From an archaeon (GTDB lineage: Archaea; Iainarchaeota; Iainarchaeia; Iainarchaeales; 1-14-0-10-31-34): a DNA stretch of 23,050 nt. Shown here one piece after another: positions 1 through 9,491 of this stretch. Below the pieces are notes generated by a model. The model saw only the letters and a list, made by a program, of their open reading frames with translations. It was not told the origin of the DNA and did no database searches. The stretch spans positions 1 to 23,050 of the forward strand of contig JBDRIL010000011.1 of assembly GCA_043815885.1 (NCBI GenBank), read 5' to 3'. Positions within the stretch are counted from its first letter, which is position 1. Every line of letters begins with the position of its first letter. The position numbers and the translations under genes are program-made.

Positions 1-293
1 ATTCCTCTTGCTTTTTCCACGTGTTTTTCTGTTGGCAGGCCATTATCATCAAAGCCAAAAGGATAGAATACATTCATTCCCTTCATTCTTTTATATGAGG
101 CAATGAAGTCTGCCTGGGAATAAGAAAAAATGTGGCCTACATGAATTATTCCTGAAACAGTCGGAGGAGGAGTATCAATTGCAAAGACTGGCTTCTTTGA
201 ATTGGGATTGAAATTGAATATTCCTTTCTGCTGCCAGTAGCTGCCCCATTTCTTTTCAGCTTCCTTCGGAGAATATCTCTTTAATTCCTGCAT
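1..293 (-). CDS. valS: Valyl-tRNA synthetase, archaeal type, N-terminal part (runs off the window edge)
   Basis: Manual translation from ATG at 293: MQELKRYSPKEAEKKWGSYWQQKGIF...FAIDTPPPTVSGIIHVGHIFSYSQADFIASYKRMKGMNVFYPFGFDDNGLPTE. It has a class I HIGH-type motif (HVGH) and the GFDDNGLPTE signature of archaeal ValRS. Confidence 0.93.
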   Translation of the reverse strand, partial: MQELKRYSPKEAEKKWGSYWQQKGIFNFNPNSKKPVFAIDTPPPTVSGIIHVGHIFSYSQADFIASYKRMKGMNVFYPFGFDDNGLPTEKHVEKARG

Positions 294-349
294 AAGCTTT
301 TCCCTCAAATTAATAGTTTTAATATAAAAAGGAATTAAAAGGATAGCAT

Positions 350-913
350 TTACGCTTTCAGAATTTCCTTTACCTTTTTGGCTATAGCTGAATTAGGGTT
401 CTTGTGGATAAAGGAATCCAGTTGAGTGAGGTTATGGACTCTTCTGTTAGTTGAAGCTTTCTCGAAATCAATTATTACCGGAAGGTTATTTCTCACTAGA
501 ATGTTTTTTCCCTTTCCTGCAAGCTGTCCGTGGTCTAAGCCAACTTCGTCTAATTTTTTTGCCTGAAGAAATAATTCTTTCAGGAATTCATTCAAGTTTT
601 TTTTGTCCGGAGGTGATTCAAACAACCATCCAGAAAAGGTTTTTCCCTCAATGAATTCAATTAAAACAATCTTTTTTTCTTTATCAAAGGAAATCAATTT
701 TGGGCCGACAGAAACAGAATTCGCGAGCCTTAAATTTTCTACTTCTTTTTCAACCATTTCCTTTCTTGGGGATTTTTCTTTTTCAATCTTTAAAGCGAAT
801 TTTTTTCCCTTGGAATTCTGCACCAGGAATACCTCTGAGGAATAACCTTTAGAGATTTTATTAATTAATTCAAGAGAGTTTTCTTTCAGGAATTCATTCA
901 GTCTTTCCTGCAT
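350..913 (-). CDS. Atypical Ser/Thr protein kinase (RIO/Bud32-like archaeal small kinase)
   Basis: Gly-rich loop ISKGYSSEVF, FALK lysine, helix-C Glu, catalytic-loop-like HGQL..KNIL and IIDFE. Confidence 0.8.
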   Translation of the reverse strand: MQERLNEFLKENSLELINKISKGYSSEVFLVQNSKGKKFALKIEKEKSPRKEMVEKEVENLRLANSVSVGPKLISFDKEKKIVLIEFIEGKTFSGWLFESPPDKKNLNEFLKELFLQAKKLDEVGLDHGQLAGKGKNILVRNNLPVIIDFEKASTNRRVHNLTQLDSFIHKNPNSAIAKKVKEILKA

Positions 914-953
914 AATAAGAAATCTCTGGATAAGGAATTATAAGAATTGGCAT

Positions 954-1781
954 TTAAGTGTAGGAAACCGGGCAACTGTCATTTACTGGGCAAGAGACTC
1001 CTTCTTTAAAGGTGTAACCCTGTTCTGTCATGAGGCAAAGGAAATCAGCGCTGCCCAATGAAGCGGGGTAGTCTGGATACCATTTCACGTCAAGGTGTGC
1101 GGCAGTAGAAAAACCAGTGCTTCCTGCCTTTCCAATCACCTGTCCTTTGCTTACTCCTTGTCCTGCTGTTACAAGTAGTTCTGAGAGATGACAGTATCTT
1201 ATTGCGCCTTGGTCATTTGAAAGAAGATAAAGGATTTTCTTTCCGCAGTCTCCTGCATTATTGCTTACTTCAATTACCCTGCCGTCAGCTATTGCATAAA
1301 CCGGAGTGCCTTCCCTTGCCCTTAAATCAACTGCATGCGTTGTACTACTTTTTACTCTTCCACTAATGTCTGTAAGTGTTCTTTTTTCTCCATAACAGGA
1401 AGTGACAGTGTGGTTGGGGTCATTAGTAGGCCAAGCAAATTCAGAGGCAACTGTTTCAGGAGGAATCTCTTCCCCTGAAGAACCAGGAGTTATTGCTATT
1501 TTTATGGATTCACCAAATAAATCCTCTAAAAACCTTGCATCAATCCTTGCAAGGCATTCATCCACTGAATTGCATTCTTCTTCCGTAGCTTGAAAATACA
1601 ATGGATCAATAGAATTTACTGGAAGAAGGTTATGGCTTTCAATTATTCTTTTTGGAATTTTTGAATCATTATTGTAATCAGCAGAATATTGGTCTTGCTG
1701 TTGGGGGATAAATGAATAAACCAAAAGAATGAATGCAATTGCAGTTACTGCAATACCAAAATCAATCCAGTTTTTTTTCAA
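954..1781 (-). CDS. Membrane-anchored M23 family metallopeptidase-like protein
   Basis: N-terminal hydrophobic anchor, then an M23 core: DLRAREGTPVYAIADGRV, RYCHL, V..GQ.VSKGQVIGKAGSTGFST..HL. TTG start preceded by GAGGT. Confidence 0.85.
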   Translation of the reverse strand: MKKNWIDFGIAVTAIAFILLVYSFIPQQQDQYSADYNNDSKIPKRIIESHNLLPVNSIDPLYFQATEEECNSVDECLARIDARFLEDLFGESIKIAITPGSSGEEIPPETVASEFAWPTNDPNHTVTSCYGEKRTLTDISGRVKSSTTHAVDLRAREGTPVYAIADGRVIEVSNNAGDCGKKILYLLSNDQGAIRYCHLSELLVTAGQGVSKGQVIGKAGSTGFSTAAHLDVKWYPDYPASLGSADFLCLMTEQGYTFKEGVSCPVNDSCPVSYT

Positions 1782-1885
1782 TTACCTCATCCCACTACAA
1801 AAACAATAAACGTTAAAGGAATATAAAAAATATACTGCAGGAATCAGTTAAATTTAATAAAAATTCCGAGTATTTTCAGTATTGT

Positions 1886-2350
1886 ATGCCCAGAATAACA
1901 TTAAGAAACAGAACAAACGCTAGAATTAAAAAAGAACGTAGAGAAGAAAGAAAACAAAAAAAAGGGGGAAGAGAAATTCCTTGGAAAAGTTTATCGTTAG
2001 AAGTATCAAAGGCAAAACCAAAACAACTTTATGAACAACTTGAAATATTTAGGGAATTATTATCAGAGCCAGAAAAAATAGATATCCAGACATTAAAGCA
2101 ATGGATTGCATTATCAAGAAAATTCAGAAATGCTTGCGAAAAAGCAATGAAGGTTGGGGAAGCAACTTTACAAGCAGAACTATACGAGAGAGCTGAAAGT
2201 AATGTAATTGAAGCAAAACAAAGTTCTTCGGGAAGCATTAAGAATATTAAAATTAAAGGAAAACGCTCTGAAAAAGAAATAATAGCCGGTCCCCGTATAC
2301 ATGCATATCCATCGAAAAAAAGGTTTATAAACATTTATATCCAGCAATAA
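1886..2350 (+). CDS. Hypothetical basic, helical protein (no family recognised)
   Basis: 154-codon ORF with ATG start, very AT-rich, Arg/Lys-rich N-terminus. Confidence 0.55.
   Translation: MPRITLRNRTNARIKKERREERKQKKGGREIPWKSLSLEVSKAKPKQLYEQLEIFRELLSEPEKIDIQTLKQWIALSRKFRNACEKAMKVGEATLQAELYERAESNVIEAKQSSSGSIKNIKIKGKRSEKEIIAGPRIHAYPSKKRFINIYIQQ
2313..2340 (+). promoter_or_regulatory. Putative BRE/TATA promoter of the thermosome gene
   Basis: Purine-rich CGAAAAAAAGG directly followed by TTTATAAA (2324-2331). A GGAGGA SD-like site at 2395-2400 precedes the ATG at 2411. Confidence 0.6.
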
Positions 2351-2410
2351 TTTATACTGTTTTTTTTACTTTTCAATAAAGTAAAGGAATTAAAGGAGGA
2401 TGATTTAATT

Positions 2411-4061
2411 ATGACACAAGCAGATCAAATGGCCCAACAGCAAGTGATATTTCTTACTGAAGGAAGCAAGAGAGTGAGGGGAAGAGACGCACAGAGAATC
2501 AATATTCTTATTGCAAAGGCAGTGGCTAATGCAGTGAAGAGTACTTTAGGCCCAAAAGGAATGGATAAAATGATTGTGGATGAATTGGGGGATGTAACGA
2601 TTTCAAATGACGGTGCGACAATTCTCAGTGAAATGAGCATTGACCATCCGGCAGGAAAAATGATGGTTGAAATTGCAAAAACCCAGGACCAGGAAGTGGG
2701 TGATGGAACAACTACTGCAGTTGTTTTGGCTGGAGGATTGCTGCATAAAGCAGAGAAATTGCTGGACGACGACATTCATCCAAGCATTATAATTAATGGT
2801 TACAGGATGGCGGCAAAGAAAGCAAAGGAATATTATGAGGAAACAGCTGATGCTGTTTCATTCAAGGATGTTAAAACCTTAAAGGACATTGCAATCACTT
2901 CAATGACAGGAAAGGCTGCAGAGGCATGCACTGAACTGGCTGATTTGGTTATTGATGCAGTGAAGGCAGTTGCAGAAGAAGAAAATGGAAAGACTGTAAT
3001 AGACATTGAACAGATTAAAGTGGAAAAGAAAGGCGGGACATCTCTTGCGGAAAGCCAGTTAATCAAGGGAGTTGTACTGGACAAGGAAATCGTTCACACA
3101 GGAATGCCAAGGAAAATAAATAATGCAAAGATTGCATTAATTGACTCAGCCTTGGAGATAAAGAGCCCTGAAACAGACGCAAAAATACAGATTACTTCTC
3201 CTGACCAATTACAGGGGTTTTTGGACCAGGAAGAGGGAATGCTGAGAAAGATGGTTGACAAGATAAAGAGCGCTGGAGCAAATGTTGTTGTATGCCAGAA
3301 AGGAATTGACGACATGGCACAGCATTTTTTGGCTAAAGAAAAAATAATGGCCGTAAGAAGGGCAAAGAAGTCAGACATGGATTTACTGGCGAAAGCAACT
3401 GGAGGAAAGGTTGTTTCAAGAATTGAAGACTTAAGCAAGGATGACTTGGGTTTCGCGCAGACTGTATACGAGAAAAAAATTGCGGATGAAGACATGACCT
3501 TCATTGAAGGATGCAAGAACCCCAAAGCAGTGACTATCCTGGTTAGAGGCGGTTCAGAGCACGTAATAGACGAAGCAGAGAGAGCCATTAGAGATGCAAT
3601 TGGTTCAGTTACTTCAGCCATAAAAAACGGAAAAATTGTTTCAGGCGGAGGAAGTTCAGAGGTCGAGGTTGCAATGAAGTTAAGGGAATTCAGCAAGACT
3701 GTTGGAGGCAGAGAACAATTGGCTATTGAAGCTTTCGCTGAAACACTTGAAATAATTCCAAGGACTCTGGCTGAAACAGCAGGAGTTGACCCAATAGACA
3801 TGCTGGTTGGATTGAGGGCAGCGCACAAGGGAAAGGAAGGAAAATACATGGGTGTTGACGTATACACAGGAAAAATCGGGAACATGCTGTCCAAAAAAGT
3901 CATTGAACCTTTGGGAGTGAAAACTCAGGCAATCAATTCAGCTGCAGAAGTGGCAGAAATGCTGTTAAGGATAGATGACATCATTGCAGGTTCTTCAAAG
4001 GCGCCAAGCATGCCCCCCAGGAGGAATGCCTCCAGGAATGGGCGGAATGGGAGAATATTAA
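2411..4061 (+). CDS. thsA: Thermosome subunit (group II chaperonin); true stop probably 4059-4061 after correcting a +1 C
   Basis: [21 protein letters not shown] and GDGTTTAVV motifs. Removing one C from the C6 run at 4013-4018 gives the typical tail [16 protein letters not shown]. Confidence 0.95.
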
Positions 4062-4765
4062 TTCTCTCCTTTTTCTTTTTTTTCTTTTTCAACTAATTTT
4101 AATTCTTTTATATTCATTTCCCCTCTAATGCCGTCCCATTTCTTTTCAGATTCAATTACTTCAAGCTTCTTCTTGAACAGCATGCAGTCCAATACAAATG
4201 TTTCTGCTTCCCCTCCCTCAAAGGCGAGATTGATTTTGTGTTTTTTCTCTAATTCAATTAATTCCTCTATTGCTTTTTTATCCAGTTCTCTTCCAAGCCA
4301 TTTTTCGTCCAATCCTTGGGCGTAAACTCCGACAATAATTACCTTGTATCCCTCGGTAACTAAATTTTTCAGGTATTCGACTGCGTCAATCCCCCATAAA
4401 GGGTCAAACAAGTGAAGGTCTAAATCCTTGCAGATTTTTTCAATCCTGGTTTTCTGGTACTTTGAGGCAATTGCCCCGACAACTAAACCACTGATTTCTC
4501 CTTCTGTTCTTAATTTTTTCAGTATTGCTTTTAGTTCCTCTAATTCTTTTTCTTTTTCCCCTGAAGTGGGAGCAATAATTATCGGAACATTCATTGCCTG
4601 GGCCTGGTATTCAGTGAGATGAATATTAGGAACATGAAACATATAGGAGTCCTTTTTTTTCGGAACCATTGTTACAAGGGTTTTCACTTTCAATCCTTTC
4701 TTTACTGCCCAGGCTAAAGCATAATTAGAGTCTTTTCCTCCGGAATAAAGCACTGCAACATCCAT
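4058..4765 (-). CDS. dph6: Diphthine--ammonia ligase (Dph6, PP-loop ATPase)
   Basis: [10 protein letters not shown]-loop, [19 protein letters not shown] and [12 protein letters not shown] motifs. Confidence 0.88.
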   Translation of the reverse strand: MDVAVLYSGGKDSNYALAWAVKKGLKVKTLVTMVPKKKDSYMFHVPNIHLTEYQAQAMNVPIIIAPTSGEKEKELEELKAILKKLRTEGEISGLVVGAIASKYQKTRIEKICKDLDLHLFDPLWGIDAVEYLKNLVTEGYKVIIVGVYAQGLDEKWLGRELDKKAIEELIELEKKHKINLAFEGGEAETFVLDCMLFKKKLEVIESEKKWDGIRGEMNIKELKLVEKEKKEKGEN

Positions 4766-4880
4766 TTGAATCAATTAATACTAAAGAATGCAAATTTTTA
4801 AAAGGCTTGGCTGGGAACTGGGTTATGTATACGAATTTACTCCTTTTTAATAATTTTTTCTTCCTTATTTGAATTGAGTT

Positions 4881-5600
4881 ATGCAGAGTGAACTGGTTTT
4901 TCTAAAGGATTCTTATTTGAAGGAAATTGAAACAGTTGTTCTTGAAAAGGGAGAGAACTGGGTTAGTGTAGAGAAAACCATTTTTTATCCTGAAGGAGGG
5001 GGCCAGCCCTCTGATTCAGGAAAAATTGAATGGAATGGAAATTCTTCAATTGTAAAAGAAGTGAAAAAGGAAGGCGGAGTAATAAAACATTTTTTGGAAG
5101 GAGAAATTCCGAAAAAAAATAGTAAAGTGAAATTAATTCTGGATTGGGAGAAGAGATTCAGGCTGATGAGAATGCATTCCGCCCAGCACCTGCTTTCAGG
5201 AATTATTCTGGATAAGTTTGGGGCTTCTACTGTTGGAAACCAGATTCATGAGGATTACAGCAGAATGGATTTTCATCCAATTCGCTTTACGGAAGAAATG
5301 ATTAAGAAAGTGGAGGAAGAATTCAATAAAGCAGTGAAAGAAGAAAAAGAAATAAAGATTTATTTTACTTCAAGAGAGGGAGTATTGAAGGGAATAGATG
5401 AAAAGAGAAGAAGGCTGTTTGACTCACTTCCTGAATTCATTAAGGAAATAAGGGTAGTGGAAATAGTTGATTGGGACAAATGCCCTTGTGCGGGAACACA
5501 TGTAGGAAATACGAGGGAAATTGGTTTAATTAAGATAATCAAGCGTGAAACAAAGGGAAATGAAAGGGACAGAATTGTGTTTGAACTGGAAAATGAGTAA
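4881..5600 (+). CDS. alaX: Alanyl-tRNA editing protein AlaX-M
   Basis: TIFYPEGGGQPSDSG, the HxxxH motif (MHSAQH) and the CxxxH motif (CAGTH); 239 aa free-standing editing domain. Confidence 0.9.
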   Translation: MQSELVFLKDSYLKEIETVVLEKGENWVSVEKTIFYPEGGGQPSDSGKIEWNGNSSIVKEVKKEGGVIKHFLEGEIPKKNSKVKLILDWEKRFRLMRMHSAQHLLSGIILDKFGASTVGNQIHEDYSRMDFHPIRFTEEMIKKVEEEFNKAVKEEKEIKIYFTSREGVLKGIDEKRRRLFDSLPEFIKEIRVVEIVDWDKCPCAGTHVGNTREIGLIKIIKRETKGNERDRIVFELENE

Positions 5601-5632
5601 GTTTTTTATACATTTGGATAATTAATTTATAC

Positions 5633-6202
5633 ATGATAGAAAAGTTTATTGCCTCAAAGAGCAGGATAAAAATAATGCGTTTGTTCCTGCTTAAACCTGA
5701 AAAAGAATTTTATTTCAGGGAGATAGCAAGAGAAACAGACTCCAATACAAATTCTGTTAGACTAGAGCTTAGAGAACTGGAAAAAATCGATTTTATTTCG
5801 TCTAAAAGAAAAGGCAGGCAAAAATATTTTACAGTGAATAAAGACTTCTATATTTATGGGGAACTCAAAAGCATTTTTTTAAAGGAGTTTGGCATATTAA
5901 ATGCAATAAAGGAAACAATCCCCGGCTTAAAAAAAATGGATTTTGCTTTCATTTATGGTTCTGTTGCTGAAAATAGGGAAAGAAGTGACAGCGACATAGA
6001 TTTGATGATTATAGGAAAACCTGACTTAAATGAATTGAATTCAAGAATAAAAAGGATAGAAGAAGCATATGATAGAACAATAAATTACGTTATTTACTCT
6101 AAAGAAGAGTTGGTTGAAAGGAAAAAAAAGAAAACGCATTTCATTTTAAATGTGCTGAAATCAAAAAAAATAATGATTAAAGGCAGTGAATATGGACTTT
6201 GA
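5633..6202 (+). CDS. Winged-HTH fused minimal nucleotidyltransferase (MNT, antitoxin-like)
   Basis: N-terminal wHTH (YFREIARET..NSVRLELRELE) and FIYGSVA...SDIDLMIIG (GS..DxD). Confidence 0.85.
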   Translation: MIEKFIASKSRIKIMRLFLLKPEKEFYFREIARETDSNTNSVRLELRELEKIDFISSKRKGRQKYFTVNKDFYIYGELKSIFLKEFGILNAIKETIPGLKKMDFAFIYGSVAENRERSDSDIDLMIIGKPDLNELNSRIKRIEEAYDRTINYVIYSKEELVERKKKKTHFILNVLKSKKIMIKGSEYGL

Positions 6203-6629
6203 AGGACTCGAAAACTCAGGAATAATAAAAAAGGTTGGATTCAAGGAAGAGGCAGTGAAAGAATTAATTGATTTAGCTGAAAGAGACCTAAGACTCGCAA
6301 GGAAAATGCTAAAGCAAGACTTGGACTGGGCTTTCAATATAGCATACAATTCAATGCTTCAATCAAGCAGGGCTTTAATGTTTTTTCATGGCTTTAGACC
6401 TGTAGGCAGAGACCAGCATTTGACTGTGGAAAAGTTTGTTTCAATTGCTTTGGGAGAAAAATTCAAAGAAAAAGTAAATGCATTTGACAGGATAAGAAGA
6501 AAGAGGCATACAGCAACATATGACAGGGCAGGGATAATATCCAACTACGAAGCCAATTATTGCATATCAATAGCACAGGAATTCATGGAGGAAATCAAAA
6601 AAGCAATAAAAAGGAAAAATAAACGATAA
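6192..6629 (+). CDS. HEPN domain protein (partner of the upstream MNT)
   Basis: A..DL..A helix, AYNSMLQSSRAL, H in DQHL and the RKRHTATYD motif. Overlaps the 3' end of the MNT gene; alternative GTG start at 6186. Confidence 0.82.
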   Translation: MDFEGLENSGIIKKVGFKEEAVKELIDLAERDLRLARKMLKQDLDWAFNIAYNSMLQSSRALMFFHGFRPVGRDQHLTVEKFVSIALGEKFKEKVNAFDRIRRKRHTATYDRAGIISNYEANYCISIAQEFMEEIKKAIKRKNKR

Positions 6630-6675
6630 CAATTAAAATGTCTTTTAACCAACAAAGGATTTGGAGAGAAAGAAA

Positions 6676-8019
6676 ATGAATTTGCATGAATTAATGAAGA
6701 AATTCTCTGTAAAGGAAATGGATGAAGTAAAGGTTTATACTCTTGATGAGGAATTCACTGGAGTGGTAATGCACTCCAGAGGAAACAAAATATTTGTATT
6801 GAAGTTAAAGAATGGATACAATATAGGGATTCATGCAACAAGAGTAACAAAAATAGAGAAATTAGGGGAAGAAGGAAAGGAAGAAAGAAAGATTGAAGCA
6901 AAAAAAGTAGAGCATAAACCTGACTTGCCTTCAATTACAATTCTTCATAGTGGAGGAACAATTGCTTCAAGGATTGATTACAGGACTGGAGCAGTGAGCG
7001 CTTCAGTAAAGCAGGAAGAAATAGTTGAGCATGTCCCTGAATTAGAGAAGATTGCAAACATTAAATCAAAATCCATTCTTGACATGCTTTCAGGAAATAT
7101 GCGGTTCTATCACTTCAAGAAAATAGCTAAAGCAATAGAGGAAGAGGCAAAAGAAGGAGTGAAAGGAATCATTTTAGGGCATGGAACTGATACAATGCAT
7201 TACTCTTCTGCAGCCCTTTCTTTTATGCTTGAAGGAATTAATATTCCAGTAATAATGGTTGGCTCGCAGAGAAGCAGTGACCGAGGCTCTAGTGATTCTG
7301 CAATGAATTTAGTGTGTGCAGCAGAATTTATTACTAAAACTGATTTTAGTGGTGTAGGAATATGCATGCATGAAGGTCCTTCAGATGATAATTGTGTTAT
7401 TCTTCCTGGGACTAAAACAAGAAAAATGCATTCCTCCAGAAGAGATGCATTTAAAGCAATAAATGATATTCCAATTGCAAGAATCAATTACGAGACAAGA
7501 AAGATTGAGTTCCTGAAAAAAGATTATCCAAAGAGAGATGAAGGAAGGGAATTCAAGCTAAAGGATAAGATAGAGGAAAAGGTTGGATTGCTTAAAATTC
7601 ATCCGGACATGAAACCAGAAGAAATTGAATTCTTTGAAGAGAAAGGCTATAAGGGACTGGTATTGGAGGGAACTGGTTTAGGAAATGCTCCGGTAGTGGC
7701 AAAAGAAGAAGGCACAGAGATTAATGCAAAGATTCTTGAAGCAATAAGGAAATTAGTGGATAAAGGCTGTGTAGTGGTAATGACTTCCCAAACCATTTAC
7801 GGAAGAGTGCAAATGAATGTCTATTCCTATGGAAAGGACTGCCTTGAAGCAGGAGTTATTCCAGGAGAAGACATGACTCCGGAAACTGCTTTCATTAAAT
7901 TAGCCTGGTTATTGGGAAATTATTCCAAAGAAGAAGCAAAGGAACTTGTTGGAAAGAATTTAAGGGGAGAAATAACTCCCTGCAGTACAATTAAAGGATT
8001 CGATGTAGAATTTAAATAA
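6676..8019 (+). CDS. gatD: Glutamyl-tRNA(Gln) amidotransferase subunit D
   Basis: N-terminal LKLKNGYNIG domain plus asparaginase-like GGTIASRIDYRTGAV, HGTDTM, GSQRSSDRGSSD and RKMHSSRRDAF. Confidence 0.95.
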   Translation: MNLHELMKKFSVKEMDEVKVYTLDEEFTGVVMHSRGNKIFVLKLKNGYNIGIHATRVTKIEKLGEEGKEERKIEAKKVEHKPDLPSITILHSGGTIASRIDYRTGAVSASVKQEEIVEHVPELEKIANIKSKSILDMLSGNMRFYHFKKIAKAIEEEAKEGVKGIILGHGTDTMHYSSAALSFMLEGINIPVIMVGSQRSSDRGSSDSAMNLVCAAEFITKTDFSGVGICMHEGPSDDNCVILPGTKTRKMHSSRRDAFKAINDIPIARINYETRKIEFLKKDYPKRDEGREFKLKDKIEEKVGLLKIHPDMKPEEIEFFEEKGYKGLVLEGTGLGNAPVVAKEEGTEINAKILEAIRKLVDKGCVVVMTSQTIYGRVQMNVYSYGKDCLEAGVIPGEDMTPETAFIKLAWLLGNYSKEEAKELVGKNLRGEITPCSTIKGFDVEFK

Positions 8020-8887
8020 AATCCTGCACTACTATTTCATATAAAAGGGAAGCAGCGGTTGTTTGGGTTATTTTTTGCTCGTCAGGAGCGACTTCAACTA
8101 AATCCATTCCAACTAATTTTCCTTTCAGTGAGGAAATTAAATCAATAACTTCTACATAACTTAATCCTCCTGGTGCCGGTGTTCCTGTTCCGGGAACAAA
8201 TTTCATATCCAGCACGTCAATGTCTATTGAGAGATAGAATTTCTTTCCCTTAGTGAATTCACTTAATTCCTTTTTTACTTTTGATAAATTCTTCCTTGTT
8301 TCTTCTGCCGGATAGCTTTTTATTTTTTCTTTCTTTATGAATTCATATTCTTCTTTTGAAGAATTTCTTATTCCTAATTGGAAGACATTTTCCTTCGGAA
8401 TGAATTTCATTGCTTTTCTCAGCCACGTCCCGTGATGCAACCTCTCTCCTGAAAGCAGATCAGGATGGGCATCGAAGTGAATTATTAATGGCTTTTCTTT
8501 TTCAAATGCTTTTAAGGAACCATAAGTGATTGAGTGTTCGCCTCCCAAAACACACGGAATCTTTTTTCTTTCAAGTATTTTTCTGTTTAATTCTTCTATT
8601 CTTTTCATTGTTTCTTCTACGTCTCCGTGCTCTACTTTTACGTCTCCCAAATCATGGGTTTTTGTTTTGTCAAAGTAATTTATGCCTTTGCTTTGAACAA
8701 ATGAACCTAACCCAAAAGAAATCTCTCTTATTGCATTTGGTCCAAATCTTGCTCCAGGTTTTTCACAAGTAGTTGCATCCAATGGAACTCCATAGATAAT
8801 TACCTTTGCCTGTTCCTCCGGGAAATTCATTCCTCCAAAGACAAATTCTGGCCCAAGCAAGTGAAATGCTTCTTCTTTCAGACTCAT
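8012..8887 (-). CDS. speB: Agmatinase (ureohydrolase family)
   Basis: PGARFGPNAIR, GGEHSIT, HFDAHPDL and SIDIDVLD...PGTGTP motifs. Confidence 0.9.
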   Translation of the reverse strand: MSLKEEAFHLLGPEFVFGGMNFPEEQAKVIIYGVPLDATTCEKPGARFGPNAIREISFGLGSFVQSKGINYFDKTKTHDLGDVKVEHGDVEETMKRIEELNRKILERKKIPCVLGGEHSITYGSLKAFEKEKPLIIHFDAHPDLLSGERLHHGTWLRKAMKFIPKENVFQLGIRNSSKEEYEFIKKEKIKSYPAEETRKNLSKVKKELSEFTKGKKFYLSIDIDVLDMKFVPGTGTPAPGGLSYVEVIDLISSLKGKLVGMDLVEVAPDEQKITQTTAASLLYEIVVQDFI

Positions 8888-8939
8888 TTTATAATATTTT
8901 GAAGGAAAGTCTTTTTAATTAAAAGATTTCATTATTTAA

Positions 8940-9470
8940 GTGATTGAATTGGATGAAAAGAAGTTAACTAAAAACAAAGAGGTTGAACACTGCTCTGTTA
9001 ACTTTGAATTAAGTGTTCTTTTGAACGGCATAACGCTATTCATTGGACTTATCTTGCTTCTCAATGCAATTTACAAATTCTTTCCATTAAATGAGCTTTA
9101 TGAAATAATAAACCTTGTTTTTCCGATTGAATATATTTGGGTCCTTGGAGGGATATCTGTTTTTTTGGTTTTTTTTGTTGTGCCATTTATCCTAATCATC
9201 CAAGAAAAAGTAAAAAAAGTTCCGTCCAATTTAATTGAAGGAATACTGTGGTGGATTGTTCACAATATAAGGTATTTCTTTTTTCTATTGATTTCTATTC
9301 CTTTTCTGCTTTTTATTACATTTGTTTTTTCAATAAATCCAAGAGAGGTTCCATTAACCTACTTGATTTTATCTTGTTTCTTAATAATTGCTGGTATAAT
9401 GAATTTGAGAAGGCTATATTTGCACAATCCAAAATTTAGGGAAATGATTAAAATAAAAAAACAATCATAA
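8940..9470 (+). CDS. Hypothetical membrane protein (about 4 TM helices)
   Basis: 176-codon ORF with four hydrophobic stretches; low GC. Confidence 0.6.
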   Translation: MIELDEKKLTKNKEVEHCSVNFELSVLLNGITLFIGLILLLNAIYKFFPLNELYEIINLVFPIEYIWVLGGISVFLVFFVVPFILIIQEKVKKVPSNLIEGILWWIVHNIRYFFFLLISIPFLLFITFVFSINPREVPLTYLILSCFLIIAGIMNLRRLYLHNPKFREMIKIKKQS

Positions 9471-9491
9471 AATAATTTTTTGGTGTAAAAA

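Noticed and set aside
3094..3903. 269-aa antisense ORF and the other antisense or overlapping ORFs in the track
   Set aside because: They are shadows of strongly supported genes on the opposite strand or frame, with no recognisable motifs.
6633..6660. Possible degenerate third copy of the repeat (AATGTCTTTT...CAAAGGA)
   Set aside because: Only short partial matches in AT-rich DNA and no hairpin.
8905..8930. Imperfect palindrome GAAAGTCTTTTTAATTAAAAGATTTC between speB and the membrane ORF
   Set aside because: Explained by back-to-back TATA/BRE elements of divergent promoters; it needs gaps to pair.
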